Below, piece after piece: positions 46,577 through 55,991 of a stretch of 64,000 bases of DNA. The translations under genes were made by a program, and so were the position numbers. The notes beneath the pieces are model-generated. The model searched no databases, was not told the DNA's origin, and saw only the letters and a program-made list of their open reading frames with translations. The stretch is taken from positions 62,001 to 126,000 of the IMG/VR virus record IMGVR_UViG_3300010430_000003; one strand, given 5' to 3'. The stretch's first letter is position 1, and every line of letters begins with the position of its first letter.

Positions 46577-48175
46577 ATGATTAGCAAAAAAGAGATGGAG
46601 TTTTGGATCGAAAACGATCTTAACGTTCTGTTTAAGGGTCGTCATGGTGTTGGCAAAACATCCATGATTATTGATGCTTTCGAGAAGGCAGGTCTTAAAT
46701 GGAAGTATTTTTCAGCATCTACCATGGACCCATGGGTTGATTTCATTGGAATCCCCAAAGAGAGAGTGGAAAGTGATGGCAGTTCTCATCTAGAACTTGT
46801 AAGACCAAAAGAGTTTTCAAATGACGATGTTGAGGCTCTGTTCTTTGACGAGTATAATCGCGCTCCAAAGAAAGTTCGCAACGCTGTTATGGAACTCATT
46901 CAATTTAAATCAATTAATGGGAAAAAGTTTAACAACCTCAAAATTGTGTGGGCTGCTGTTAATCCTGATGATGACGAAGATGAAGTTTATGATGTTGAAG
47001 TATTAGACCCCGCACAACTTGATAGATTTCAAGTCCATGTTGATATTCCATATAAACCGCAATATTCATACTTTGCAGATAAATACGGATCAGCAATCGC
47101 TAAGAAAGCCATCGAGTGGTGGAAATCCCAGTCTGCAGAGACTCAAAAGGATGTATCTCCCCGACGACTAGATTATCTTGTTGATATCTATGAGAAGGGT
47201 GGTAAGGTTGATTATGTCCTGCCAAAAAGCGCAAACAAAAAGTATTTCCATGAATTGATGGGGTCAGTTCAACTTGAGAAAGAGTATGAAAAGCTTAAGT
47301 CTTCCTCTGAAGAAGAAAAGAAAGCCCTGCTCTCCGAAGAGGGTTTTTATGCACGAATGCACCCATATTTGGAACAAGAGAATTATCTTGAAAAGTTTTT
47401 GAGATTCTATCCACAAGAGAAAATCGGCGTGTTGGCTTCTTCTGACAAGAACATTCTTTCTCTCTTGTTGGAACATGAAGCCACTGTTGATGCATATAAA
47501 GAAGTATTAAGCGGAATGGTTGAGGCTGATTTGAATCAAGATACTGCTAAGTTTATTACTACCGCAAGAGACAAAGGTCTCGAAGAGGCCAAAAAAGACT
47601 TAATGAGAGGTAGCTTCTTTAACTATGTTCTTACTAAAGAATGGTGGAAAAATAATAATCTCGTTAAGACTTGGGATGTTGAGAGCACAGAAGCGCATTT
47701 CAAGAAAAGAGAATCCGACGACTTTCAGCGTACAATGAATTGGGTAACCACCTATACTAGCGGATATATGCAACAATATACTGATGATAGGATTCTTATT
47801 AAGCGCTCTGAAAACACAAATGGGCGCAGGTCATGTCTCGAAAATGCTGCGATATATTTTTATCCCAATCAAACTCATGACAGTTTGAAAGCAACACTTA
47901 ACATGATTAGTAACTATCTCGTTGCTTCGCAAGCAAATACGATCAAAGAAGACATGAACTCATATACTTATAAACATACTCCGTTCATCTTCAACTATTG
48001 CATTGAAATTCTTGAGAAGGAAGATCCCACTTATTTTGATAATCTCCAAAATGCGAATCTTCCTTGGAACCATTCTCTCATGCCCTTTAAGGTTCTACTT
48101 GAAAGGTTAAATAAAAAGCAAAATATCTATAACGTTATGCGCAACTTTGGCTTTGGGTTAGTGAAAAAGACATGA
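46577..48175 (+). CDS. MoxR/AAA_5-type ATPase
   Basis: GRHGVGKT, FFDEYNRA, AAVNP, LDPAQLDRF, SPRRL. Confidence 0.9.
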   Translation: MISKKEMEFWIENDLNVLFKGRHGVGKTSMIIDAFEKAGLKWKYFSASTMDPWVDFIGIPKERVESDGSSHLELVRPKEFSNDDVEALFFDEYNRAPKKVRNAVMELIQFKSINGKKFNNLKIVWAAVNPDDDEDEVYDVEVLDPAQLDRFQVHVDIPYKPQYSYFADKYGSAIAKKAIEWWKSQSAETQKDVSPRRLDYLVDIYEKGGKVDYVLPKSANKKYFHELMGSVQLEKEYEKLKSSSEEEKKALLSEEGFYARMHPYLEQENYLEKFLRFYPQEKIGVLASSDKNILSLLLEHEATVDAYKEVLSGMVEADLNQDTAKFITTARDKGLEEAKKDLMRGSFFNYVLTKEWWKNNNLVKTWDVESTEAHFKKRESDDFQRTMNWVTTYTSGYMQQYTDDRILIKRSENTNGRRSCLENAAIYFYPNQTHDSLKATLNMISNYLVASQANTIKEDMNSYTYKHTPFIFNYCIEILEKEDPTYFDNLQNANLPWNHSLMPFKVLLERLNKKQNIYNVMRNFGFGLVKKT

Positions 48176-49467
48176 AAGAATATTGGGAAATAGCCTCTCT
48201 CTTGGAGAATCATAATGTTCTGTTTTCAGAATTTTGGGAAATGGGGGAACCTGTTTTTACAGATGAAATTGAAACAGCGGCAGTATGTTGGAATAAAGAA
48301 GGTCAAAGAATAAACTATCTTTTTAACGAGACGTTTTGGAACTCTTTGAATGCCTATCAAAAAAGCTTCGTTATCTCTCATGAAATTCTTCATGTGTTGT
48401 TCAAACACGGGAACCGTCTAAAGAGTATTATCGGAGACGCTCAAAGAATGCATATTGCAAATATTGCTGCTGATATCATTGTAAATGAATTTCTCTTTCA
48501 GAAGTTTAGATTCCAACCCCTTTTTATGGGAGACTTATATGATAAGTTAATAACTGAAAAGGGAGTCTTTGGGGAAAAAGGTGAATCTATCTTAACCTTT
48601 GAAAGATATTATGCTAAACTAATGAAAGAGGGTGATGAGTGCGAAGGAAAACAATCATTAGATGATCATGAAGTTAGTTTTGGAGATTCTGGTGAGGGAG
48701 ATGGCGGTTCTTCTTATGATGAAGGCAAAGAAGAAATCCCGGACATTGTCATTGAAGATATCATTGAACAAGCGATTGAGAAGTATGATGAGAAAACAGC
48801 TAAAGAAATGAAGAAGTTGTACACTTCTCAAGAATTTAGCGATGCTATGGGTCAAGTGGCTGGTTCAATGGCCGGTAATTGTGTCAAGACAATCCAGAAG
48901 TTTGCTAAGGTTCGTAAACAAAAGTGGATAACTTTAGTTAAGGATTGGACTCGTCGAAAAATTAAAGAGTCTGTTAATGAAACATGGATTTGGCCCAACC
49001 GTCGGTTAACTCTTTTTGAAGGTGGTGATTTCTTCTTACCCGCAGAATACATTGAAGAGAAAGAAGAGAAAGACAAAGTGAATGTGTGGTTGTTTATGGA
49101 TACAAGCGGCTCTTGTGTCTCTTTTGCTAAGAGATTCTTTAAGGCGGCAGAGTTTATCCCTGATGATTATTTCAATGTTAGATTGTTTTGTTTTGACACA
49201 AGAACATATGAAACAAACTTAGAATCAAGACAACTTTATGGATTTGGTGGCACAAGATTCAATATTATTGAGACCAGAATCCAACAAGAAATGAAGGTGT
49301 TGAAAACAAAGAAATATCCTGATTCTGTTTGGATATTGACAGACGGGTGGGGAAACGATGTCAAGCCTGAGAAACCTGAAAGGTGGAAATGGTTTATGAC
49401 TGATTATCATTCAACCAAGAATATACCCAAACAATCAGAGGTATATAAACTGTCTGATTACGAGTAA
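48172..49467 (+). CDS. metallopeptidase + VWA-like protein (DUF2201-like)
   Basis: ISHEILH, NIAADI, MIDAS DTSGS, GGT, LTDG. Confidence 0.88.
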   Translation: MKEYWEIASLLENHNVLFSEFWEMGEPVFTDEIETAAVCWNKEGQRINYLFNETFWNSLNAYQKSFVISHEILHVLFKHGNRLKSIIGDAQRMHIANIAADIIVNEFLFQKFRFQPLFMGDLYDKLITEKGVFGEKGESILTFERYYAKLMKEGDECEGKQSLDDHEVSFGDSGEGDGGSSYDEGKEEIPDIVIEDIIEQAIEKYDEKTAKEMKKLYTSQEFSDAMGQVAGSMAGNCVKTIQKFAKVRKQKWITLVKDWTRRKIKESVNETWIWPNRRLTLFEGGDFFLPAEYIEEKEEKDKVNVWLFMDTSGSCVSFAKRFFKAAEFIPDDYFNVRLFCFDTRTYETNLESRQLYGFGGTRFNIIETRIQQEMKVLKTKKYPDSVWILTDGWGNDVKPEKPERWKWFMTDYHSTKNIPKQSEVYKLSDYE

Positions 49468-49472
49468 AAAAC

Positions 49473-49512
49473 CGACCCTTCGTGCTATTTAATGTGATAA
49501 CACGGAGGGTCG
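49473..49512 (+). promoter_or_regulatory. RBS-sequestering hairpin with late-promoter-like CTATTTAA in the loop
   Basis: CGACCCTTCGTG / CACGGAGGGTCG 12-bp stem (one G-U) covers GGAGG. Confidence 0.8.
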
Positions 49513-49514
49513 TT

Positions 49515-50159
49515 ATGTTTAGATTATTTGATTTTATTTTACAATTTATCAAGCCCTTAAGGGTTGGATTAGAAGCAGCAGAAATTTCTGTTCCTGAAAA
49601 ACTTGCAAGAATCGCCGAAAAAGAATGGGAAAGAAACATTGAGGAAAAAACACATCAGATCAACCTTGAAATTACAGCCATGTTTGACAATAATGGATGG
49701 GGAAGCTGGCTGCGCTCTGTTGATGGTGGAGGTTGCCCTAACGGGTATCTAAGACCCCCAGACCCCGATTGGTGCGGACAAGCAGTTGCCCATTATGTTT
49801 TAAAGATGAGTCCTTCCCCAAATAAGAAAATGGCAAGAAAAGTGTTGGTCTCAACCTATAGACTCAATCAAAAGGATAAATGGTTACAGTGTGATGTTAG
49901 TTTTCCTTTGGTTGAAGATAGTGGTGATATACAAAGAGGCGACATCGTTGTAGTTCGTTGGGAAAATGGTAAAGAGTATGGAGATCACATTACTTTAGCT
50001 GTATCCGATCTAAAAGAAGATGGTACTTTTGACACAATTGAAGGAAATGCGAAAGGGGAGTTGCCAAATGGAAGTGGTAGAGGACTTGTTAAGCAGAATA
50101 GAAAAAAAGACCAAGTCGCAAGAGTGTATAGACTTACAAAAGAACACTTTAATCAATAA
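49515..50159 (+). CDS. CHAP-domain peptidoglycan hydrolase (putative endolysin)
   Basis: DWCG, GDIVV, DHITL, TIEGN; true start probably ATG 49515 after GGAGG. Confidence 0.8.
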   Translation: MFRLFDFILQFIKPLRVGLEAAEISVPEKLARIAEKEWERNIEEKTHQINLEITAMFDNNGWGSWLRSVDGGGCPNGYLRPPDPDWCGQAVAHYVLKMSPSPNKKMARKVLVSTYRLNQKDKWLQCDVSFPLVEDSGDIQRGDIVVVRWENGKEYGDHITLAVSDLKEDGTFDTIEGNAKGELPNGSGRGLVKQNRKKDQVARVYRLTKEHFNQ

Positions 50160-50322
50160 GATGGTTGTTGCCTATTTCTTAAATATGTATTCTCATTATA
50201 CAACAATGTATATTAGAGCTAACATTAGAAGAAATAATCCAAGATTTTCTAGAAGAACTAGAGCAATATTCTCGTATGAACACCATGACTTAATGATTAG
50301 CGACATGGATAGACATTTTTAA
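50146..50322 (+). CDS. hNxxh family module, start codon uncertain
   Basis: TLINKMVVAYFLNMY overlaps the CHAP stop; no start codon immediately before the motif. Confidence 0.4.
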   Translation, partial: TLINKMVVAYFLNMYSHYTTMYIRANIRRNNPRFSRRTRAIFSYEHHDLMISDMDRHF

Positions 50323-50334
50323 GAGGTTTATAAT

Positions 50335-51936
50335 TTGAATTGGAATGACAAAAAAATTGAGAAAGCAATAAATGTATTGCATGAAAGCGTTACTGTGGCA
50401 CAAGCCTGTAACGAAATCTCAGATTTGTTAGGCGATGATGTTACTCCTGACTCGCTAAGAAAAGCATTTCAAAGAAATGGTTATAATAGCCCTTCTAATT
50501 ATCTCACAGCAATTTCACCTGAAGAGTTATACGAAGAGTTATTCGATGAAGAATTAGAAGAAGAGGTTGATGAAGAGTTATATGATGAATACGAAGCAGA
50601 TGGAGATTATCACTATAATGAAATGACTGATCTTTATCTTGTGTATGTTCCTCACAAAAGAAAACCAATGCAAATTCCCGGTAAATTAATGAGGGAGTGG
50701 AATGAGGCATATTCAAATATGTCAGTTGGTGGTGCTGAAACCATCAACCAAATTTGTAAGACATGGAACATTTCTAGGAAAGACTTCGTCTCTATTAAGA
50801 AGGCTATGAGATGGACTCATGATCAAGACCCCTTTACTGATGAGGAGCACTTAACGAGTGATCCTGCTGATCTCGCTGAGAATCTTGTTCAAAAGAAGCG
50901 CCTTGCTTTTGAAAAACATTTCAGAAAAAAGGAATGGAAGGAGATTGAGAAAGACGCCATTAATTGGAGAGAGCTTTCTTACCATCTAGGAGCAACACCA
51001 AATCTTAAAGCAGTTAAGGAGACCATCGATGATATTAAAAATATTGAACGGTATTGTCAAAATATATCGATTGATAAGAAAGTTTCTAAAAAGGAAATAA
51101 AGGCTAAAAAGGGTAGCACCCTAATCATTCCAATTTCTGACCTTCATGTTGGCAAGAAGTTTACTACAAAGAGTGTGAAACATAAAAACTTTAATCTGTC
51201 TGAATTGAAGAAGAGACTGGCTAGGGCAATGGGATACATTACCATGGCTAAACCACAATTTGAAGACAGAGTGTCTCATATTGTCTATTCATCCCTTGGT
51301 GATAACTTTGAAGCTATCTTTGGGAATATGCGACCCGGCCAACACTTAACAATGGATCTGTTTGGCGCTGACCAATATAAAGAAGTGGTTGAATTTCATG
51401 TTGAGCTTATCTCTTTCATTAGAGAGGAGTTTCCAGATGTAACTATCACAGCAGTATTTCAAGGTGGTAATCATGATAGGATTTTTGGAGCTAAGCAGTG
51501 GGATTCAGAAGAAGTTCTAAACTATATAATGACAGATAGAATTGCTGCTGAATTTAAGGATGTGCCTGCAAAAGATCTTGAGGTTTTAGTTGGTGAGCCT
51601 GTGTCTTCTATTACTATGCCAAATGGTGTAAATTTAATTACACAACACGGTCACCTTAAGGGTTTGAAGAATCACAAGGATATCGCAAACTTCATTAATA
51701 TGCACGGAGACAAAAAAGCCCCTCGGTATTTGATTTCGCAAGGTCACTTTCATCATTGGGAAACAATCTCTGGCTTTAACTATAAGTTCTATATGAACTC
51801 ATCGTTCTGCGGAAACGATTCATATAATCTAGAGAAGATTGGGGTAGGTTCTCCCGCCGAATTCATGATGGTTGAATCTGCCGTTAATAACGACATATTC
51901 TATGGACCATATAATCTTGAAGAAGATGTTTTTTGA
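50335..51936 (+). CDS. calcineurin-like metallophosphoesterase with an N-terminal HTH-like region
   Basis: SDLHVG, LGD, GNHD, HGH, GHFH. Confidence 0.85.
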   Translation: MNWNDKKIEKAINVLHESVTVAQACNEISDLLGDDVTPDSLRKAFQRNGYNSPSNYLTAISPEELYEELFDEELEEEVDEELYDEYEADGDYHYNEMTDLYLVYVPHKRKPMQIPGKLMREWNEAYSNMSVGGAETINQICKTWNISRKDFVSIKKAMRWTHDQDPFTDEEHLTSDPADLAENLVQKKRLAFEKHFRKKEWKEIEKDAINWRELSYHLGATPNLKAVKETIDDIKNIERYCQNISIDKKVSKKEIKAKKGSTLIIPISDLHVGKKFTTKSVKHKNFNLSELKKRLARAMGYITMAKPQFEDRVSHIVYSSLGDNFEAIFGNMRPGQHLTMDLFGADQYKEVVEFHVELISFIREEFPDVTITAVFQGGNHDRIFGAKQWDSEEVLNYIMTDRIAAEFKDVPAKDLEVLVGEPVSSITMPNGVNLITQHGHLKGLKNHKDIANFINMHGDKKAPRYLISQGHFHHWETISGFNYKFYMNSSFCGNDSYNLEKIGVGSPAEFMMVESAVNNDIFYGPYNLEEDVF

Positions 51937-52127
51937 TGAATAAGATTATTAGTTATATGCTTTTGAGTGAAATTTATTCAAGTCAAGTTATACAACATTA
52001 TATAATGAGATTTAGAGCTACATTATCAAACGCTAAATGTAGAGAGCATCTTGGATTTTGGTGGGGACCACACAGATACACTAGAAACTATACCTATGTT
52101 GTGAGAATGAATAAAGAAAATCTATGA
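51933..52127 (+). CDS. small ORF of the hNxxh family
   Basis: MNKIISYMLL. Confidence 0.55.
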   Translation: MMNKIISYMLLSEIYSSQVIQHYIMRFRATLSNAKCREHLGFWWGPHRYTRNYTYVVRMNKENL

Positions 52128-52375
52128 ATTTAAACATAATGATAGCAAGAGGTATCATTCATGATAAAACCAAGAACTTGTTGGGCTCCGATCCGTTAAG
52201 CTTTGAACTGAGAACATCGCTGCACACCGCAAGGAGAATAAGAAGTATCAAGGATGGTTGGGAGGTTAGCAACCCTTTTCCTTTATTGATCGCCTTGGAA
52301 GAAATAGATGAAACTGGACTCTTGAAAGTAAGCATAACAACTTTTATTGATAGAAGGCTATATGAAGAAATATAA
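52124..52375 (+). CDS. small ORF of the hNxxh family
   Basis: MNLNIMIARGII; ATGA overlap. Confidence 0.6.
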   Translation: MNLNIMIARGIIHDKTKNLLGSDPLSFELRTSLHTARRIRSIKDGWEVSNPFPLLIALEEIDETGLLKVSITTFIDRRLYEEI

Positions 52376-53969
52376 AACAGGAAATGAATTACTATTATCT
52401 CTCTTGGAAGGTTCGAGGAAGCTTGAGGAGAATGTCGCTTGCACTCTTGGACCGAGAGGCAACAATGTCATTTTAAGACCCTTGGGTAGTAATCCAATTA
52501 TCACTAAGGATGGTGTTACTGTTGCTAAGTTCACTGATCTTGAGGATGAGATTGAAGACTTGGCTTGTCAAATTCTTAAACAAGCTTCAATTGAAACAGT
52601 TAAAGAAGCTGGAGACGGAACAACAACCTCCACAGTTTTGGCGAATGCTATATTTACAGAGTCCTCTAAGTATATTCTTAGCGGGGTTACTCCTATCTCT
52701 CTTAAGCGAGGGATGGATAAAGCGGTCCGGAGAATCAATTGCGAGATTGAAAAGAGAGCAACTCCGATATCAACAAAAGAAGATATAAAGAGTATTGCAA
52801 CAATATCATCTAATAACGATGCAGATATTGGTGATTTAATTGCTAATGCTGTGGATGGTATTGGCCGTGATGGTTCTATTGTGGTGGAAGATGGAAAGAG
52901 CACCCAAACAGTTCTTGAGTTTGTTGAAGGTTTAAGGCTACAGGGTGGTTTTCAATCACATCATTTTGCCAATGATAATATTAGAAATGTTGTATCATAC
53001 AAGGATCCTTATTTTCTGATTACAGACCATGTAATTGATGATTTGGAAGAACAACTGCTTCCCGTACTTCAACTTGTACTAAGAGATAAAAAGCCTCTAA
53101 TCATTATTGCTGATGGTTATGGCGAAGAAGTAAGTGCTGCTTGTATCTACAACGCTCTTCAGTCTAGAAAGAATTTGAATAACGCTGTAAAAGTAGCTTG
53201 CTTAAAGGCTCCATCTTTTGGAGAAGAGAGAACTAAGGTTCTTGAGGATGTTGCTATTTCTGTGGGAGCTAAGTTCTTCAGTATGTTTGCTGGTGATAAT
53301 ATTGCTGATGCTAAATTAATTGATTTGGGGGGTGCTGAAAAGCTTGAGGCTAATGGTTACTTCACAACTATTATTGGCGGTATGGGTGAACCAGAAAGGA
53401 TTGAAGAAAGGATTGATGCTCTAAAGGAAGAAATTGATAACGCCCCCGTTAACGAAGGGGCTAGAATTCAAGAAAGAATTACACGGCTTGGCTCTGTTGT
53501 TGCTATCATTAAGGTTGGTGGTCACACTGATGTAGAAGTCGGTGAGATTAAAGATAGAGTTAATGACGCGCTTGAAGCCGTCAATTCAGCTAGGATTGAA
53601 GGGGTGGTAGCAGGAGGAGGTAGCACTCTTCTTAATATTGCTCTTAGGCTCGAAGAAGAAAGATATGAAGAGTCTGATCTCTTTAATGAAGAAGAAAAGA
53701 TAGGGGTGAGAATTTTATTAGAGAGCATTAAGTCTCCGTTTAAAAGAATCGCTCTTAACTCTGGTTTTTCATGGGAGGTTCTAGTAAATAAAGTCAAAGA
53801 GCAAGAAGGAGAAATGGGTGTAGATTTCGTCACAGGAGAGCTTAAAGACTTAAAGGAAGAGGGAATTATTGACCCCGCTAAAGTCACTAGAGTTGCTCTG
53901 CAAAACGCGATATCAGCAGCCTCAACACTTATTACAACAAATAATGCTATTGTCGAAATTCCTCACTAA
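52362..53969 (+). CDS. groEL: chaperonin GroEL-like protein
   Basis: TLGPRG, ITKDGVTVA, AGDGTTTSTVLA, GVVAGGG, IIDPAKV. Confidence 0.96.
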   Translation: MKKYKTGNELLLSLLEGSRKLEENVACTLGPRGNNVILRPLGSNPIITKDGVTVAKFTDLEDEIEDLACQILKQASIETVKEAGDGTTTSTVLANAIFTESSKYILSGVTPISLKRGMDKAVRRINCEIEKRATPISTKEDIKSIATISSNNDADIGDLIANAVDGIGRDGSIVVEDGKSTQTVLEFVEGLRLQGGFQSHHFANDNIRNVVSYKDPYFLITDHVIDDLEEQLLPVLQLVLRDKKPLIIIADGYGEEVSAACIYNALQSRKNLNNAVKVACLKAPSFGEERTKVLEDVAISVGAKFFSMFAGDNIADAKLIDLGGAEKLEANGYFTTIIGGMGEPERIEERIDALKEEIDNAPVNEGARIQERITRLGSVVAIIKVGGHTDVEVGEIKDRVNDALEAVNSARIEGVVAGGGSTLLNIALRLEEERYEESDLFNEEEKIGVRILLESIKSPFKRIALNSGFSWEVLVNKVKEQEGEMGVDFVTGELKDLKEEGIIDPAKVTRVALQNAISAASTLITTNNAIVEIPH

Positions 53970-54006
53970 TTAATGATGTAACCCTATTAATAATGAGGAC
54001 CACTTC

Positions 54007-54267
54007 ATGGACGTGCAACAAGAGACTTACGAACTTGTCAAAAAATTGAATGATAAGGTCGATGGATTGGTCGAACGTGTGGTTAGAGTTGAGATTATTT
54101 TGGAAGGAAAAGAGAAAGCAGAGGAAGCTTTGAATAGCAGAATTGTCTCTCTTGAAACAAAAGTCACGCAACTTGAATACTTTAAATGGAAAATGTTTGG
54201 AGCCTTATCAGTTGTTACAATCATAGCCTCTGCCGCAATGAGTAAACTAATAAATTTATTAAATTAA
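54007..54267 (+). CDS. holin-like coiled-coil protein with a C-terminal TM segment
   Basis: Heptad region followed by WKMFGALSVVTIIASAAM; late motif and hairpin upstream. Confidence 0.5.
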   Translation: MDVQQETYELVKKLNDKVDGLVERVVRVEIILEGKEKAEEALNSRIVSLETKVTQLEYFKWKMFGALSVVTIIASAAMSKLINLLN

Positions 54268-54353
54268 TTATCCTTGAAAATAGAGAAAAAAACAATATCA
54301 CGCGCGCTCATCTATATGAAGCGCGTTTCGTGTTTTAGAAGGAATATTTATCA

Positions 54354-54382
54354 TTGAAAGCAGTGTAATATGTTCCTATAAT
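54354..54382 (+). promoter_or_regulatory. sigma70-like promoter
   Basis: TTGAAA-N17-TATAAT. Confidence 0.75.
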
Positions 54383-54402
54383 TTTATAGAGAAGTTAATA
54401 AG

Positions 54403-55290
54403 GTGAGTATGGATTTTGAGTTTGAAACTCTAAATTTAGAGAATACGGAATTACAAAAGATTAAGAAAATAGCTAATTGGTATCTTGATGAAAAATCATC
54501 AATCCACTTATTTGTTAAATTTCATGATACGGCTGCGAGGGAATATTTCTTAAAAAGAAAATACTTAAGTGATGCACAAGGGAATCTTTCCTTTAGGGGG
54601 AAGACACGACTAAAAATTCTAACTAAGAACGCAGTTCAGTTTGATGTTGAAGCTTTTAACTTATTTTTTAAAACCCGAATGAAGAAGGGGAGAGTATCTC
54701 CCAACAAAGCATCGCTTGTTGTTTCTTTATTGAAAGGTCACATTCTTTTAAGGAAAGTGCAAGATGCTTCCATCTTAAAAAACTTTTATTTTCTACTGTA
54801 CAACGGTTTTATAGAAAAGAATCAAACATACAAAATATATTATCCCACCAAGAAAGCGGAGAGCATTTTTGCTCTTCACAAACACTTAAATCACATATCA
54901 ACATTTGAAGATAAGAAACCTGAATCAGGCGAGCTTTTATATGGTCTTAAGGTTAGGTATGATTGGGTGATAGAAGAGAGGATATATAAAATCAGTGAAG
55001 TGAAGATCAAAAAGCGCTTCATTGTAGATCAAGATAGTCCCCCTTATTCATTATCAATAATTGATTTGGAAGGAGGTAAAAAGGTGCTTTTAAACCCTTC
55101 CGGCTCTGAAATTACTAAAAGTAGATATTTCCTACCCAAGTATCAAACCATAACATGGCTGGGAGACCCAACACCACTCTTATCAGATAAAAAGTATTTC
55201 GCTATACCTCAAGGTATCCTTGCTGACGGGGAAGGCTTAATTAAGATCCAAGAGTATCTAAACGAAAACCTCCCAGAGCTTTCTCTATAG
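54403..55290 (+). CDS. hypothetical basic protein
   Basis: 295-aa ORF directly after the promoter. Confidence 0.7.
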   Translation: MSMDFEFETLNLENTELQKIKKIANWYLDEKSSIHLFVKFHDTAAREYFLKRKYLSDAQGNLSFRGKTRLKILTKNAVQFDVEAFNLFFKTRMKKGRVSPNKASLVVSLLKGHILLRKVQDASILKNFYFLLYNGFIEKNQTYKIYYPTKKAESIFALHKHLNHISTFEDKKPESGELLYGLKVRYDWVIEERIYKISEVKIKKRFIVDQDSPPYSLSIIDLEGGKKVLLNPSGSEITKSRYFLPKYQTITWLGDPTPLLSDKKYFAIPQGILADGEGLIKIQEYLNENLPELSL

Positions 55291-55297
55291 GAGATTT

Positions 55298-55591
55298 ATG
55301 TCTGACACATCAATTAGAATTAAAGTGGGAATTACTATTGACTCTGATAATCTCAAGCCTTTCTCACAGAAGTTGCTTCAAGAGTTAGAAGAGAAAATCA
55401 ATAACATTATACGCAATATGTACATTCATTCAGGTAATCCTGAAGAGCTTATGCGGATTGTAAAACAACTGGAAACCTATAAACTTCAAATTGAAGATGT
55501 TGCTGTAGCTAATCATGAGTATCAACTCTATGTTAGTAATTCATTACCCCAACAAGAGGAAAATAACGGTGTTGAAGAAAATAATGATTAA
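55298..55591 (+). CDS. hypothetical protein
   Basis: RBS AGGAG. Confidence 0.65.
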   Translation: MSDTSIRIKVGITIDSDNLKPFSQKLLQELEEKINNIIRNMYIHSGNPEELMRIVKQLETYKLQIEDVAVANHEYQLYVSNSLPQQEENNGVEENND

Positions 55592-55898
55592 TATTCTCAA
55601 TAGGATCATGAAGTTCAGTATTGAAACTCTCAACCGAGTTGATCCAATTCCCGCACCTTCCGAAGAAGAACTTAATTCTATAGTGGAAGCTGTGACAGCA
55701 AATCAGGAGCAAGTCACCATTAATGGTATTCTCTCCATCAAGGAATTTAATGAAGAAGTCTTGGTGTGCACTGAAGAATATATGAAAGCGGTCCAAGAGA
55801 ATGATGAAAAATCAATTGCTGAGTCTGCAAAAGCAATTACCTATTTGAATGACTTGGCAAAAATGATTAATGATTTTGATGATTACGAACTCAACTGA
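55584..55898 (+). CDS. hypothetical acidic protein
   Basis: Start overlaps the end of the upstream gene. Confidence 0.6.
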   Translation: MINILNRIMKFSIETLNRVDPIPAPSEEELNSIVEAVTANQEQVTINGILSIKEFNEEVLVCTEEYMKAVQENDEKSIAESAKAITYLNDLAKMINDFDDYELN

Positions 55899-55899
55899 T

Positions 55900-55940
55900 T
55901 AAAAAATTTGCATAGAAAAACTGTGCAAAAAAACTATAAT
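55900..55940 (+). promoter_or_regulatory. early promoter, near-duplicate of 58214-58254
   Basis: TAAAAAATT-N4-TAGAAAAACTGTG-N5-AACTATAAT. Confidence 0.7.
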
Positions 55941-55991
55941 GAGGCTGTTCCAAATTTGTTCCATTAACAACAACAAAAGGATAAAAAACAA

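Noticed and set aside
50521-50590. GAAGAGTTA repeats in the phosphoesterase gene
   Set aside because: Low-complexity acidic linker (EELY/EELF), not a separate element.
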